From positions 1 through 52,967 of the forward strand of contig JAZSDD010000077.1 of assembly GCA_045530945.1 (NCBI GenBank): a stretch of 52,967 nt of DNA, given 5' to 3'. Positions 16,018 to 24,744 of the stretch are shown here, piece after piece; the stretch's first letter is position 1, and each line of letters begins with the position of its first letter. The translations under genes were made by a program, and so were the position numbers. This stretch comes from Christensenellaceae bacterium (GTDB lineage: Bacteria > Bacillota > Clostridia > Christensenellales > Borkfalkiaceae). The notes beneath the pieces are model-generated. The model saw nothing but the letters and a program-made list of their open reading frames with translations. It made no database searches and had not been told where the DNA came from.

Positions 16018-17109
16018 TTAAATGTTTTTAGAACCTTTGCTTTTTATGGAGGATAAAATTCCAGAATCAAAGGTCTTTTTTATGCAAGAATTTTTATTAA
16101 AAGACACCATTGCAAACTCCATTATTTCAGAAAGCATTTTCTTAAAATCAACGGTGTTTTTACAAAACAAATAATATGCAAGCGAACCTGGAACGGTGTT
16201 TATTTCGTTAACGTAAACATCATCTCCCTTAACGAAATAATCTATTCTGATAACGCCGGTAAACTCTAACTCACGGTAAATTTTTGCCGTGGTTTTTTTA
16301 ATTTTATCAGACACCTCTTTATCTATCTTTGCAGGAAACTCTCTTAATCCTCCAAGATACTTATCTTCAAAAGTAAGAACTTGGCTTTTGCCAACGGGTT
16401 TTTCACACTCAGACACAATCAAATTTCCGTCGGCATCTTTAAAGCAAGCGCAGTTAATTTCTATAAAATTTTCAAGGGCAGGTTCAATTATAACTTTATC
16501 ACTATATTTTAGTGCATAATTAACGGCCTCTTCTAAGCCTTGCCTATCCTTTGCCTCGCTTATTCCTATACTTGAACCACCCGTGCAAGGCTTAACTATC
16601 AATGGATATCCCAATTTTTCTGCCGATACTGCCGATATGCTATCGCTAACAGTGAGATATGGAAGATATAAAACGTCAAGCCCCTTTAACGCTATTTTGG
16701 TTAAACTTTTGTTAATACAAAGCGAAGAGCCGAAAGTATCTGGCGACGCCAATGGGATTTTACATAATTTTAATAAAGAAGAAATGCACCCGTCCTCCCC
16801 TCTTTCTCCGTGCATACAGTTTATAGCAACGGCAATTTCCATTAGTGGCTTTAATTTTTTGCCACTAATTTCATAAAGTTTATTATCCCCACAAATAAAT
16901 GTTACTTTTTTTAACTTTTTATAATCTAAATTTTTATAAGCTTCTGGATTATTAAGCGTTTCTCCTGTGTAAAAAACGCCCTTTTTATCAACGTAAATTG
17001 GGCAAATTTTATAACTTTTATCAATAGAATTAAGGGTTAAAACACCTGTAATTATAGAAATATCGTGTTCTATTGATTCTCCACCGAAAAAAACTGCAAC
17101 ATTTTTCAT
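16018..17109 (-). CDS. ddl: D-alanine--D-alanine ligase
   Basis: It starts MKNVAVFFGGESIEHDISI, has an ATP-grasp core (PLIVKPCTGGSSIGIS) and ends with YVNEINTVPG. It lies directly downstream of murF. Confidence 0.9.
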   Translation of the reverse strand: MKNVAVFFGGESIEHDISIITGVLTLNSIDKSYKICPIYVDKKGVFYTGETLNNPEAYKNLDYKKLKKVTFICGDNKLYEISGKKLKPLMEIAVAINCMHGERGEDGCISSLLKLCKIPLASPDTFGSSLCINKSLTKIALKGLDVLYLPYLTVSDSISAVSAEKLGYPLIVKPCTGGSSIGISEAKDRQGLEEAVNYALKYSDKVIIEPALENFIEINCACFKDADGNLIVSECEKPVGKSQVLTFEDKYLGGLREFPAKIDKEVSDKIKKTTAKIYRELEFTGVIRIDYFVKGDDVYVNEINTVPGSLAYYLFCKNTVDFKKMLSEIMEFAMVSFNKNSCIKKTFDSGILSSIKSKGSKNI

Positions 17110-17168
17110 AAAAAAACACCTCCGCTTTCATTTTCTCGCTTTGGTGTTTTATATTTTTTATCTTAAAA

Positions 17169-18830
17169 TTAACTGTAATTATCGGGAAGGTCGTTTTCAA
17201 AAAGTACAACGTCACCCTCTTTAATTATACTATTCAAGTAGGCGTTGCCTTTGTTAAGGGTTTTATAAAAACAAACGTTTTCTTTATTCATCCCGCCATC
17301 TAAAAGCCCACTAATAAGCATTTCCGCATTATGATTGCCGATAACTATAACGAGGTCTGCGTGTTTTGCTAAAAGTCTGCCCATTTCAAAATTGGCTTGA
17401 TTTTCCCTTTTACCAAGTTCCACAAGACCAGGCGTTAGCACGATTTTTCTGCCCTGGAAAGTATCCAAAACTTCCATAGATGCCTTAACGCCGTCCTCGT
17501 TTGCGTTATAACTATCGTCAATAATTACAATGTTTTTATTGTTTGGTATTAGTTCTAAACGATGCCCCACCGATTGAAGTCTACCAATACCAAGCGCAAT
17601 TTCTTCTGCCGAAAGTCCAAGTTCTTTGGCAACGGAAGATGCAAGGCATATATTTTCTATACTATGTTTCCCAAGCAAAACGGTGCTACACTTAATCGGC
17701 TCTTCCCCTTTAACGTTTAGAGTAAAGGTTGTTCCTTTTGAAGTTATCTTAACGTCACTTGCAAAAACCGTTTGCCCCTTTTCGCCGTTTCCACCAGCCA
17801 AAACCTTTTTCCCGTTAAACCTTTCAAAAAGTTCTATCGCCCCCTCGTTTTCAGAGGAGAAAAAGCCCTTCCCTTTTTCAGGTAGTCCCTCGAATAATTC
17901 AAACTTAGTGTCTTTAATATTTTCAATACTCTTAAACGTTTCAAGATGTTGAGAGTTTATACCCGTTAACACACCGTAAGTTGGCTTAACTATTTTAACG
18001 AGTTCTTTAATATCTCCCTTTGACCTTGCACCCATTTCTGCAATAAAAACGTCGTGCGTGCTATCTAAGTTTTTAACAGCCCAACTCATGCCTAACGGCG
18101 TGTTATAAGATGCGGGAGTTGCCAAAACCCTATACTTAACGGAAAGTATTCCTTTTAGAATCTCTTTAACACTCGTTTTCCCGTAACTACCTGTTATGCC
18201 TATCTTTATAAAATCGTCAGTATTCAACTTTTTAGTAGTGATAGCGTAATATCTTCTTCTAATAATTTCTTCAAACGGCTCGTTTAAGGCGTAAGCAACG
18301 ATAAGTAAAATCGGGGTTGTTAGTGGCGTTAAACATAAAAGAGAATATCTTAGTAGATAAACAATTTCGTCGTTAATAACGGATGAAAGATAATTTACTA
18401 AAACTATAAGTCCAAAGGAAAAAGCCGCTAAGACTAATGCGTAGGTTATGCATAGTCTAACTAATCTTTTGGTTTTTTTGAGTGGCACTTTTGCGTTAAC
18501 CGCACCCTCTGTGTGAATATAAGAAATGCTAAAAAGCAAGTATGCGCTAAATCCAACGAAGGAAACTATATCCACGCTAAAAGCAGAAGAAAAGCAAATG
18601 TTTAGCACGCAAAAAAACATAAACGCAAGCATACTTAATAGCATTAATCTTGCAAGATAAATTCTCTTTCCAGAATTTATCCACTTAAAATATCTCGTTC
18701 CGTGATAACCGCTTTGTTGCAAAACGAGCAAGAATTTTAAGGAAGAAAAATACATAAGCATTGCGTTTGCAACGCTCAACAAAATATAGATTATTAAATT
18801 TTGATTGCTAAATAAATCAAAAGTCCCCAT
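17169..18830 (-). CDS. murF: UDP-MurNAc-tripeptide--D-Ala-D-Ala ligase (MurF-type Mur ligase) with an N-terminal polytopic membrane region of about 190 aa
   Basis: The Mur-ligase P-loop is GITGSYGKTSVKE. DDSYNAN and GNHN motifs are present, and it is paired with ddl. The first ~190 aa contain five hydrophobic segments instead of the usual soluble N-domain. Confidence 0.75.
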   Translation of the reverse strand: MGTFDLFSNQNLIIYILLSVANAMLMYFSSLKFLLVLQQSGYHGTRYFKWINSGKRIYLARLMLLSMLAFMFFCVLNICFSSAFSVDIVSFVGFSAYLLFSISYIHTEGAVNAKVPLKKTKRLVRLCITYALVLAAFSFGLIVLVNYLSSVINDEIVYLLRYSLLCLTPLTTPILLIVAYALNEPFEEIIRRRYYAITTKKLNTDDFIKIGITGSYGKTSVKEILKGILSVKYRVLATPASYNTPLGMSWAVKNLDSTHDVFIAEMGARSKGDIKELVKIVKPTYGVLTGINSQHLETFKSIENIKDTKFELFEGLPEKGKGFFSSENEGAIELFERFNGKKVLAGGNGEKGQTVFASDVKITSKGTTFTLNVKGEEPIKCSTVLLGKHSIENICLASSVAKELGLSAEEIALGIGRLQSVGHRLELIPNNKNIVIIDDSYNANEDGVKASMEVLDTFQGRKIVLTPGLVELGKRENQANFEMGRLLAKHADLVIVIGNHNAEMLISGLLDGGMNKENVCFYKTLNKGNAYLNSIIKEGDVVLFENDLPDNYS

Positions 18831-18835
18831 TATTT

Positions 18836-19498
18836 TTAGGAAAGCAAAAACTCCCCAACCTCCATATTAAACTCAAACGGTTTATCTATAAAAGCAAAAT
18901 GCCCTGCGTTTTCTAATATTATAAGTTTACTGTTTTTAATACCTTTATTTAACCTTTTGGCAAAGTATAAAGGTGTTTCTCTATCTTTTTTTCCGTTTAT
19001 AATAAGCGTTTTGTTTTCTATATTTTGTAGGCAATAATCTAAATGTTCGTTAACGATTTTTATAAAACTTTGCCTCATCACACTATTTAAGGATAAATAG
19101 TCCTTAGAGTAAAAATTTTGTAGTTTACTTTTTGGAATAAAGTGTTTACAAAGATTAAAAACGCTCTTTTTAAGTGCCTTTTTAACGGTTTTTTTAGGTT
19201 TTAATCCCGCCGCCCCCGTTAAAACGATTTTATCGAAAAACTCTTTATTATAAGATGCAACCTTGATTGCAATTCTTCCCCCGAAAGAGTGGGCTATGCA
19301 ACAAGGTTTTTTTATATTGTTTTTGTAAAAATATTCTTTTACGTCCTCTATATAATCGTCAAGCGAATAAGGATACGGCATAAAAGAATTTTCGCCAAAC
19401 CCTCTAAGGTCGGGAGCGAACACTTCAAAACTTTTTTCAAAGTATTTTAATTGGTTAACAAAACTCTTGCCGTTAGCAAGATAGCCGTGCAAAAACAC
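18836..19498 (-). CDS. Alpha/beta-fold hydrolase (start codon uncertain)
   Basis: It has an HG oxyanion motif (FLHGYLANG), a nucleophile elbow (AHSFGG) and a C-terminal GH (NAGHFAF). The listed start is a GTG. The frame stays open upstream (..ADFNTKEDKQLV) but has no canonical start codon there. Confidence 0.7.
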   Translation of the reverse strand: MFLHGYLANGKSFVNQLKYFEKSFEVFAPDLRGFGENSFMPYPYSLDDYIEDVKEYFYKNNIKKPCCIAHSFGGRIAIKVASYNKEFFDKIVLTGAAGLKPKKTVKKALKKSVFNLCKHFIPKSKLQNFYSKDYLSLNSVMRQSFIKIVNEHLDYCLQNIENKTLIINGKKDRETPLYFAKRLNKGIKNSKLIILENAGHFAFIDKPFEFNMEVGEFLLS

Positions 19499-19545
19499 TA
19501 ATTGTTTATCTTCTTTCGTGTTAAAATCGGCTAAATTAAAAATAA

Positions 19546-19977
19546 CTATAACTCCTTTTTGAAAACTAACGCATCTTCGCCGTTAGAATAGTATTTTTTT
19601 CTTTCGCTAACTTTATTAAAGCCACTCTTAGTATATAAATTTATTGCGGGGATATTGCTTTTTCTCACCTCTAAGAAAACTTCTTTTATCCCCTCTTCTT
19701 TTAAGGTTAAAAAAAGATTTTCTATAAGTTTATTGGCAACGCCTTTTTTTCTATATTCGGGAATAACGAACACGTCCTCAATATCAGCAGTGTCAACACT
19801 TTTATCGTAAGTTATAAAAGCCACGTCTTTATCCTCTTTGCATGCAATTAACCCACCAAAGTTTTGCAATTTAAAGGCGGATAAAAACATTTCCTCCGTC
19901 CAACAGTCTAAAAAGCCCAAACTCTTTGAAGAGAGTAAAAAAGGCAAATCGGCCTTTGAAAGTTTGCGAAAAATCAT
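19546..19977 (-). CDS. rimI: Ribosomal-protein-alanine N-acetyltransferase (GNAT)
   Basis: The GNAT motif A is VIPEYRKKGVANKLI. It follows tsaE-tsaB, the conserved order. Confidence 0.8.
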   Translation of the reverse strand: MIFRKLSKADLPFLLSSKSLGFLDCWTEEMFLSAFKLQNFGGLIACKEDKDVAFITYDKSVDTADIEDVFVIPEYRKKGVANKLIENLFLTLKEEGIKEVFLEVRKSNIPAINLYTKSGFNKVSERKKYYSNGEDALVFKKEL

Positions 19978-20585
19978 TTTCGCCCCTCCTCCGCTTGGCT
20001 TTTTCTCACGTATAACGGAATTAAATTATCTAAATTAAAATCTTTATTATCTTTCTTATCCTCTATCGCAGATATAAGACCTGAAAGAGGGTTTGAAACC
20101 TTTACCGAAAGGTTTTCAATCTCCCTTTCCGCCACTATTTGATAATCGCTTGATAGAGAAATTATTTCTTCTTTCATCAAATATGATGGAGGGATTAAAA
20201 CTTTTTTATCATCATATCCGCAAGCGTAAAATCCACCGTGACCGGCATCAATAACTGCTAAAATCTTCCCGCCTTTTTCATTATATGCAAGCGTGTCAAA
20301 GGCAGTTACCTCCAAAAAGGGTAGCCCGTTTGCAAAGCAAAGCGCTTTAACGGTAGAAACCCCAATTCTTATCCCCGTAAACGAGCCTGCGCCCGTTACG
20401 CAAGCGATAAAGTCGGCAGCGGATAAATCAAAACCCGTTTTTTCTATAAGGTTTTCAAGTTCCACCATAATTTTGTCAGAGTGCTTTATTCCACAATCCC
20501 TATCAAAACAGGTGAAAATCTCCCCGTGTTTACAAACGACTATTATTAAATTTTTACTGCTTGTGTCAATAGCTATATAATTCAA
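19974..20585 (-). CDS. tsaB: tRNA t6A biosynthesis protein TsaB
   Basis: It has the MNYIAIDTSS N-terminus and the motif GAGSFTGIRIGVSTVKAL. Its ends overlap both neighbouring genes. Confidence 0.85.
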   Translation of the reverse strand: MNYIAIDTSSKNLIIVVCKHGEIFTCFDRDCGIKHSDKIMVELENLIEKTGFDLSAADFIACVTGAGSFTGIRIGVSTVKALCFANGLPFLEVTAFDTLAYNEKGGKILAVIDAGHGGFYACGYDDKKVLIPPSYLMKEEIISLSSDYQIVAEREIENLSVKVSNPLSGLISAIEDKKDNKDFNLDNLIPLYVRKSQAEEGRK

Positions 20586-20977
20586 AACGTAATCCTTCTT
20601 TCCTTTTCGGAAATTTTAGAAATTGTAACCTTTTTCACGCCCTCTGGCAAAACATCTTCAACGTTGGTTGCCCATTCTAATATGCAAATATTATCTTTAT
20701 TAAAATAATCGTTTAACCCTAAGAGGCACGCCTCTTCACCAGACGATAATCTATAAAAATCGTAATGATAAATAAAATCACCGTAAATATTTAGGTATGC
20801 GTAAGTTGGGCTTGTCACTCCGTATATCCCAAAAAACTCGCAAACCCCCTTAGTAAACGCCGTTTTACCTGCACCAAGGTCACCTTCTAACCTAACCACG
20901 TCCCCAGGTTTTAGCGTTTTAGCAAACTCTTTTGCTATTTCTCTCGTTTCTTTTTCGCTACTTGAAATTATTTCCAT
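20582..20977 (-). CDS. tsaE: tRNA t6A biosynthesis ATPase TsaE
   Basis: The Walker A motif is LEGDLGAGKTAFTKG, followed by SPTY and HYDFYRL. Confidence 0.85.
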   Translation of the reverse strand: MEIISSSEKETREIAKEFAKTLKPGDVVRLEGDLGAGKTAFTKGVCEFFGIYGVTSPTYAYLNIYGDFIYHYDFYRLSSGEEACLLGLNDYFNKDNICILEWATNVEDVLPEGVKKVTISKISEKERRITF

Positions 20978-20980
20978 AAT

Positions 20981-21571
20981 TTAATCTTCTTTTTTATTTG
21001 TAATTTTTATTACTTCGAAGAGATATTTAACTCTTTTGTAAACTACAAGTGTAACAACGCTAATACTCACACTTTTGATTACGTTGAATAAAAGAACGTA
21101 CCACCACAGAGAAGCAAAAAATTCAGGTGCAGATATTGGCATTTTATATAGCCAAATAAAAAACGGAAAGTTAATAAACCTATTAACTAAAAGTGAAAAA
21201 CCAATTTGAAGAACGCACGCAACAACAAGTGATAATATAACTGTTCTTATGCCCTTTTTGCTTTTATAAATTATTGATGGGAATATAACGTAAGACGTTG
21301 TCATTATAACGTTTGCAAGTTCCCCAACACCCATCGTTGTTCCAAAGGGAAGATGGAGTGCTTCCTTAACGATCGTTATTATAAAAGCAGGGATCGGGCC
21401 ATACATAAACCCTGCAAGCATGATAAAAACGTTAGAAAAATCAAGTTTTAAAAAATCTGCAGGCGTGCCGGGAAATATAGGAATTTCAGGAATAATGCAA
21501 TAACAAATAAACGCTAACGCCGTAAAGATTGCCATACCTGCAATTTTCTTAGTTGAAAAAACGTCCTTCAT
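20981..21571 (-). CDS. ribU: ECF-transporter S component, riboflavin type (RibU)
   Basis: It is a 196-aa six-TM protein of the S-component type, immediately downstream of an FMN riboswitch. Confidence 0.75.
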   Translation of the reverse strand: MKDVFSTKKIAGMAIFTALAFICYCIIPEIPIFPGTPADFLKLDFSNVFIMLAGFMYGPIPAFIITIVKEALHLPFGTTMGVGELANVIMTTSYVIFPSIIYKSKKGIRTVILSLVVACVLQIGFSLLVNRFINFPFFIWLYKMPISAPEFFASLWWYVLLFNVIKSVSISVVTLVVYKRVKYLFEVIKITNKKED

Positions 21572-21574
21572 AAT

Positions 21575-21758
21575 ATAAAGCCCCTTTTTTTAAAATTTCA
21601 AAGGGGCGAAAACACACGAAAATTTAGGCAAAATTTTTGCCATAATTCTTTTCCCATCCGGACTATAACCGTCGGTTTCGGAATTTCACCGAATCAGCCA
21701 AAATAGGCTCGCAGACTGTACTGCCGATGGGGAATTTCACCCCGCCCCAAAGAATTTT
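21575..21758 (-). promoter_or_regulatory. FMN riboswitch (RFN element) with expression platform
   Basis: The minus strand reads TTCTTTGGGGCGGGGTGAAATTCCCCATCGGCAGTACAGTCTGCGAGCC...GGCTGATTCGGTGAAATTCCGAAACCGACGGTTATAGTCCGGATGGGAAAAGAA, which contains both GGTGAAATTCC boxes and P1 closure. Downstream, the hairpin GCCCCTT...AAGGGGC (21580-21607) includes the AAGGGG SD of ribU. Confidence 0.9.
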
Positions 21759-21817
21759 ATTGTTTTTAATAATTTTATTATTATTTTATAATTTTGTAAA
21801 GCAAATTTAGCCCTTAA

Positions 21818-22774
21818 TTATATTAAAGAAAATCTTTTAAGCAACTCTTCCCCTATCTCGTCGGCATAAGGCGTTAAAATATTGTCCACTTTGAGTTTGA
21901 AGAGTTCAACGGCGCTTTCCACACTTTCAACGTTTGCGAGAACAAACGTTCTTTTATCCACTTTGCATTTAAGAAAAGAAGTTAGTTTTCTTTGAACTTC
22001 TTCCTTGGTCGCTTCGCCAAAAGCAAGGACTATAAAACTTAGTTTCGTCTTGCTTAGAACTTTCATTATCTTAGAATAATTATCTTCGTTAACGTCGCTT
22101 GCATTTATAACGATACCTGCACTTTTTTTGCTTATTCTGCAAAGTGTTTTACATTGCTTTTTAAGTATTTTAAGGTGTTCGGCATTAAGCATCATTGAAG
22201 GCATTGCAATGGCAACCGAGTTTGCACCGAGTTTTAAACTTTCTTTCACGTTGGAAATTTTTGCTTTAATAGAACTTTCTCCAAAAGGAAAATCTATGAT
22301 AGAACAAAGGTTTAATATCGCCTTATGCTTTTTTATTTGCCTAACGCAGTTTGGTAAATAGGCTGGCGCAACCGTAATTCCACCTAAACCGTATTTATTT
22401 ACAGAAAGGAAGATTTTTTCCATTTGCTCTTCGGTCATATCAAATCTAACTACGGCCTTTTGAAGTTTTGACATAATCTTTTTTATTTGAGTTAAATAAA
22501 TCTCGTTAGTCAAACTTTCAACGTCCGTATTTAAGAGCACGGAAAGGTTTTGCAAATTATTTAAAATCTCTTCGCCCTTTACCTTCTTGTCTCGTTTATC
22601 ATCTTTTTTACTTTCTTGCTGTTCTTCGGCTTTTTCTTGGATTTGATTTTCAGCACCTACGTTAGAGTTTTCCTCTATAACCTGAACGAGTTCGGTACTG
22701 CAATCTTGTTCTAAGACCTCTTTTTTTACTTCCTCTATACTTTCTTCTTTATTCTTTTTCTTAAATAGCAACAT
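21818..22774 (-). CDS. DeoC/aldolase-like TIM-barrel protein with an acidic N-terminal extension of about 110 aa
   Basis: The block GLGGITVAPAYLPNCVRQIK...LCSIIDFPFGESSIKAKISNVKESLKLGANSVAIAMP parallels the DeoC core (vcV.P.yv....l....v.tViGFPlG....vK..E...a...GA.EiD.V). The N-terminal part is E/K/Q-rich and low in complexity. Confidence 0.45.
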   Translation of the reverse strand: MLLFKKKNKEESIEEVKKEVLEQDCSTELVQVIEENSNVGAENQIQEKAEEQQESKKDDKRDKKVKGEEILNNLQNLSVLLNTDVESLTNEIYLTQIKKIMSKLQKAVVRFDMTEEQMEKIFLSVNKYGLGGITVAPAYLPNCVRQIKKHKAILNLCSIIDFPFGESSIKAKISNVKESLKLGANSVAIAMPSMMLNAEHLKILKKQCKTLCRISKKSAGIVINASDVNEDNYSKIMKVLSKTKLSFIVLAFGEATKEEVQRKLTSFLKCKVDKRTFVLANVESVESAVELFKLKVDNILTPYADEIGEELLKRFSLI

Positions 22775-22890
22775 GTTTAGTCTCCTTTTTAGGACGCTTT
22801 GTAGTTGTGATAAAATAATTCATTAATCAACAAATAGTCGTATTATAACCTTTGCTTTTTGTGATAACCTTAAACAAAAAGGAGGTGTTT

Positions 22891-23151
22891 ATGAACTTTC
22901 CCTCTTATATCGCCGGCCCGTTTTTTATGGCGTTAGGATTTTTGCTATGCTCGGTACTTGTCGTAGGAACTAAAAGCGTTTTAATATTTATCAAAGATAA
23001 AATAAAACAAAAGTTTTCTCGTGACAAGGGCGAAACTCCCCCTATAACACAAAAACTTTCCGTGCGAAAAAAACCAAAAAAGCAGGATGCGAAAAGCATT
23101 TCTCTAAACACCGAGGATATTGATAGAATTTATTTTAGAAAAAGTTCTTAA
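22891..23151 (+). CDS. Small membrane protein (one TM segment, basic tail), hypothetical
   Basis: A strong AAGGAGGTG SD precedes the ATG at 22891. The TM segment is IAGPFFMALGFLLCSVLVVG. Confidence 0.5.
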   Translation: MNFPSYIAGPFFMALGFLLCSVLVVGTKSVLIFIKDKIKQKFSRDKGETPPITQKLSVRKKPKKQDAKSISLNTEDIDRIYFRKSS

Positions 23152-23157
23152 AAATTT

Positions 23158-23505
23158 TTAATCTTCAAATCTTTCGATATTTTCTTCACTACCCCAAAGT
23201 TTTTCTAAATGGTAAAATAGCCTCGTTTCATCACTGAAAACGTGAACGATAACGTCACCATAATCAAGAACTGCCCAACGCCCGTCTTTAACACCCTCTC
23301 TGCGATTAGGCATAACACCTATTTTATCCATTTCCTCTTCAACGTACTCTGCAAGAGCGCGGGTTTGTGTTGTGGATCTGCCACTTGCAACAATAAAATA
23401 ATCTGCAACGGAAGATTTATCCTTTACGTCTATTCTAATTATGTCTTGTCCTTTTTTATCGCTTAAAACCTTACAAATTTTTGCACTAAATTCTTTTGAA
23501 TCCAT
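23158..23505 (-). CDS. rsfS: Ribosome silencing factor RsfS
   Basis: Motifs DYFIVASGRSTTQTRALAE and WAVLDYGDVIVHVF are present. It lies downstream of nadD/yqeK, as in Bacillus. Confidence 0.9.
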   Translation of the reverse strand: MDSKEFSAKICKVLSDKKGQDIIRIDVKDKSSVADYFIVASGRSTTQTRALAEYVEEEMDKIGVMPNRREGVKDGRWAVLDYGDVIVHVFSDETRLFYHLEKLWGSEENIERFED

Positions 23506-23516
23506 AATTTTTCTCC

Positions 23517-24647
23517 TTATTTTTTATCATTAACATAATACTCGTAAGCAGAAATCGTTTCCGAATAAATGTATTGTTTTTTGTTTATTAAATGCACCAT
23601 TTCTTCTTTTAAGCATTCTATAAAGCATTTTTCAAAGTCCACTTCAAAGAGTTCTCTAAGCCGCCTGACCCCCTCGTAAGACCTGTTTATTTCCACCATA
23701 TCTGCAACGAACAAAAGTTTTGCAAGTTTGCTCATGTTTGCTTTTCCAGAAGTGTGATAACGTATAGCGTCTATAACCTCTCCGTTTGAGATTTTTAAGT
23801 GATTTTCCGCAATATAAGCGCCTAAAAAAGCGTGAACTACGGGTGACGGCACGCCCTCAGGCAGTTTAAAACCTTTCACCGATTTATAGTCTATATACTT
23901 TGCGCAATCGTGGAGAATACAAGCCGTAATTACGTCGTCTTTATCAAGCCCCAATTCTTTTACTTTTGTTAACGCACTAACGGTGACCTCTGCCGTGTGA
24001 ATAAGCCTCTTTTTTGGAAGAGTTTTTTTCACAAACTCAAAAACTCGCCCACCTTGATAAAGATTATTGTTTTTTATATATTCTTCTACCCCATCCGTAA
24101 CCATACCGTCAAGTGGCAGTGAGAGTGCAGAATAAATTCTAATTCTCGTTGAAGAAAGATTTTCTCCCTCATAATTTAGGCTAACGTAACCTTTATTAAA
24201 GGTTTGATTAAAGTATTCTCTCTCTTCTTTATCGTTATAAGAAAACCCTTCTCTATTAAAAACTGCAAGGTTTACGCAAGATAAGATTCTTTCGGGGTAT
24301 TTCCACGTTTTAAAATCCTTTAACATATCCCCACCGACCAAAAAAAACAACTCGTCCGTTGGGTAAACTTTTCTAAAATGCTCTACGGTAAGATAGGAAT
24401 AACTCGTTCCACCGTTTTTAATTTCAAAATCGCTTATTTCCACCTTTTCTTCATCCGAAAAGCAGATTTTAAGCATGTTTATTCTGTCCTCGCCACTCGC
24501 AAGGTCAGTTTTTTTATGTGGTGGAATATTGGTTGGAATTATTATAAGTTTATCTAAGTTTAACTCTTTTATCGCTTGATTTACAAGCATTTTATGTTCT
24601 AAGTGAACGGGGTTAAACGTGCCACCGAAGAGAGCAATTTTTTTCAT
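23517..24647 (-). CDS. nadD: Fused nicotinate-nucleotide adenylyltransferase (NadD) and YqeK-type HD phosphohydrolase
   Basis: The N-terminus is KIALFGGTFNPVHLEHKMLV (the (H/T)xGH nucleotidyltransferase motif). The C-terminal half carries RLIHTAEVTVSA...ILHDCAKY...RYHTSG, typical of YqeK. Confidence 0.85.
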   Translation of the reverse strand: MKKIALFGGTFNPVHLEHKMLVNQAIKELNLDKLIIIPTNIPPHKKTDLASGEDRINMLKICFSDEEKVEISDFEIKNGGTSYSYLTVEHFRKVYPTDELFFLVGGDMLKDFKTWKYPERILSCVNLAVFNREGFSYNDKEEREYFNQTFNKGYVSLNYEGENLSSTRIRIYSALSLPLDGMVTDGVEEYIKNNNLYQGGRVFEFVKKTLPKKRLIHTAEVTVSALTKVKELGLDKDDVITACILHDCAKYIDYKSVKGFKLPEGVPSPVVHAFLGAYIAENHLKISNGEVIDAIRYHTSGKANMSKLAKLLFVADMVEINRSYEGVRRLRELFEVDFEKCFIECLKEEMVHLINKKQYIYSETISAYEYYVNDKK

Positions 24648-24744
24648 AGTTTTATTATCGCATATTTTTTATATAAAATCAAGGCTTTTTCTCCTTTTAT
24701 AATCTGAATAAAAATTGAGTTTTTGGCAATAATTTAACCAAGTT

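Noticed and set aside
17030-17215. A 61-aa ORF spanning the murF-ddl junction
   Set aside because: It overlaps the ddl start and the murF stop in another frame and has no support.
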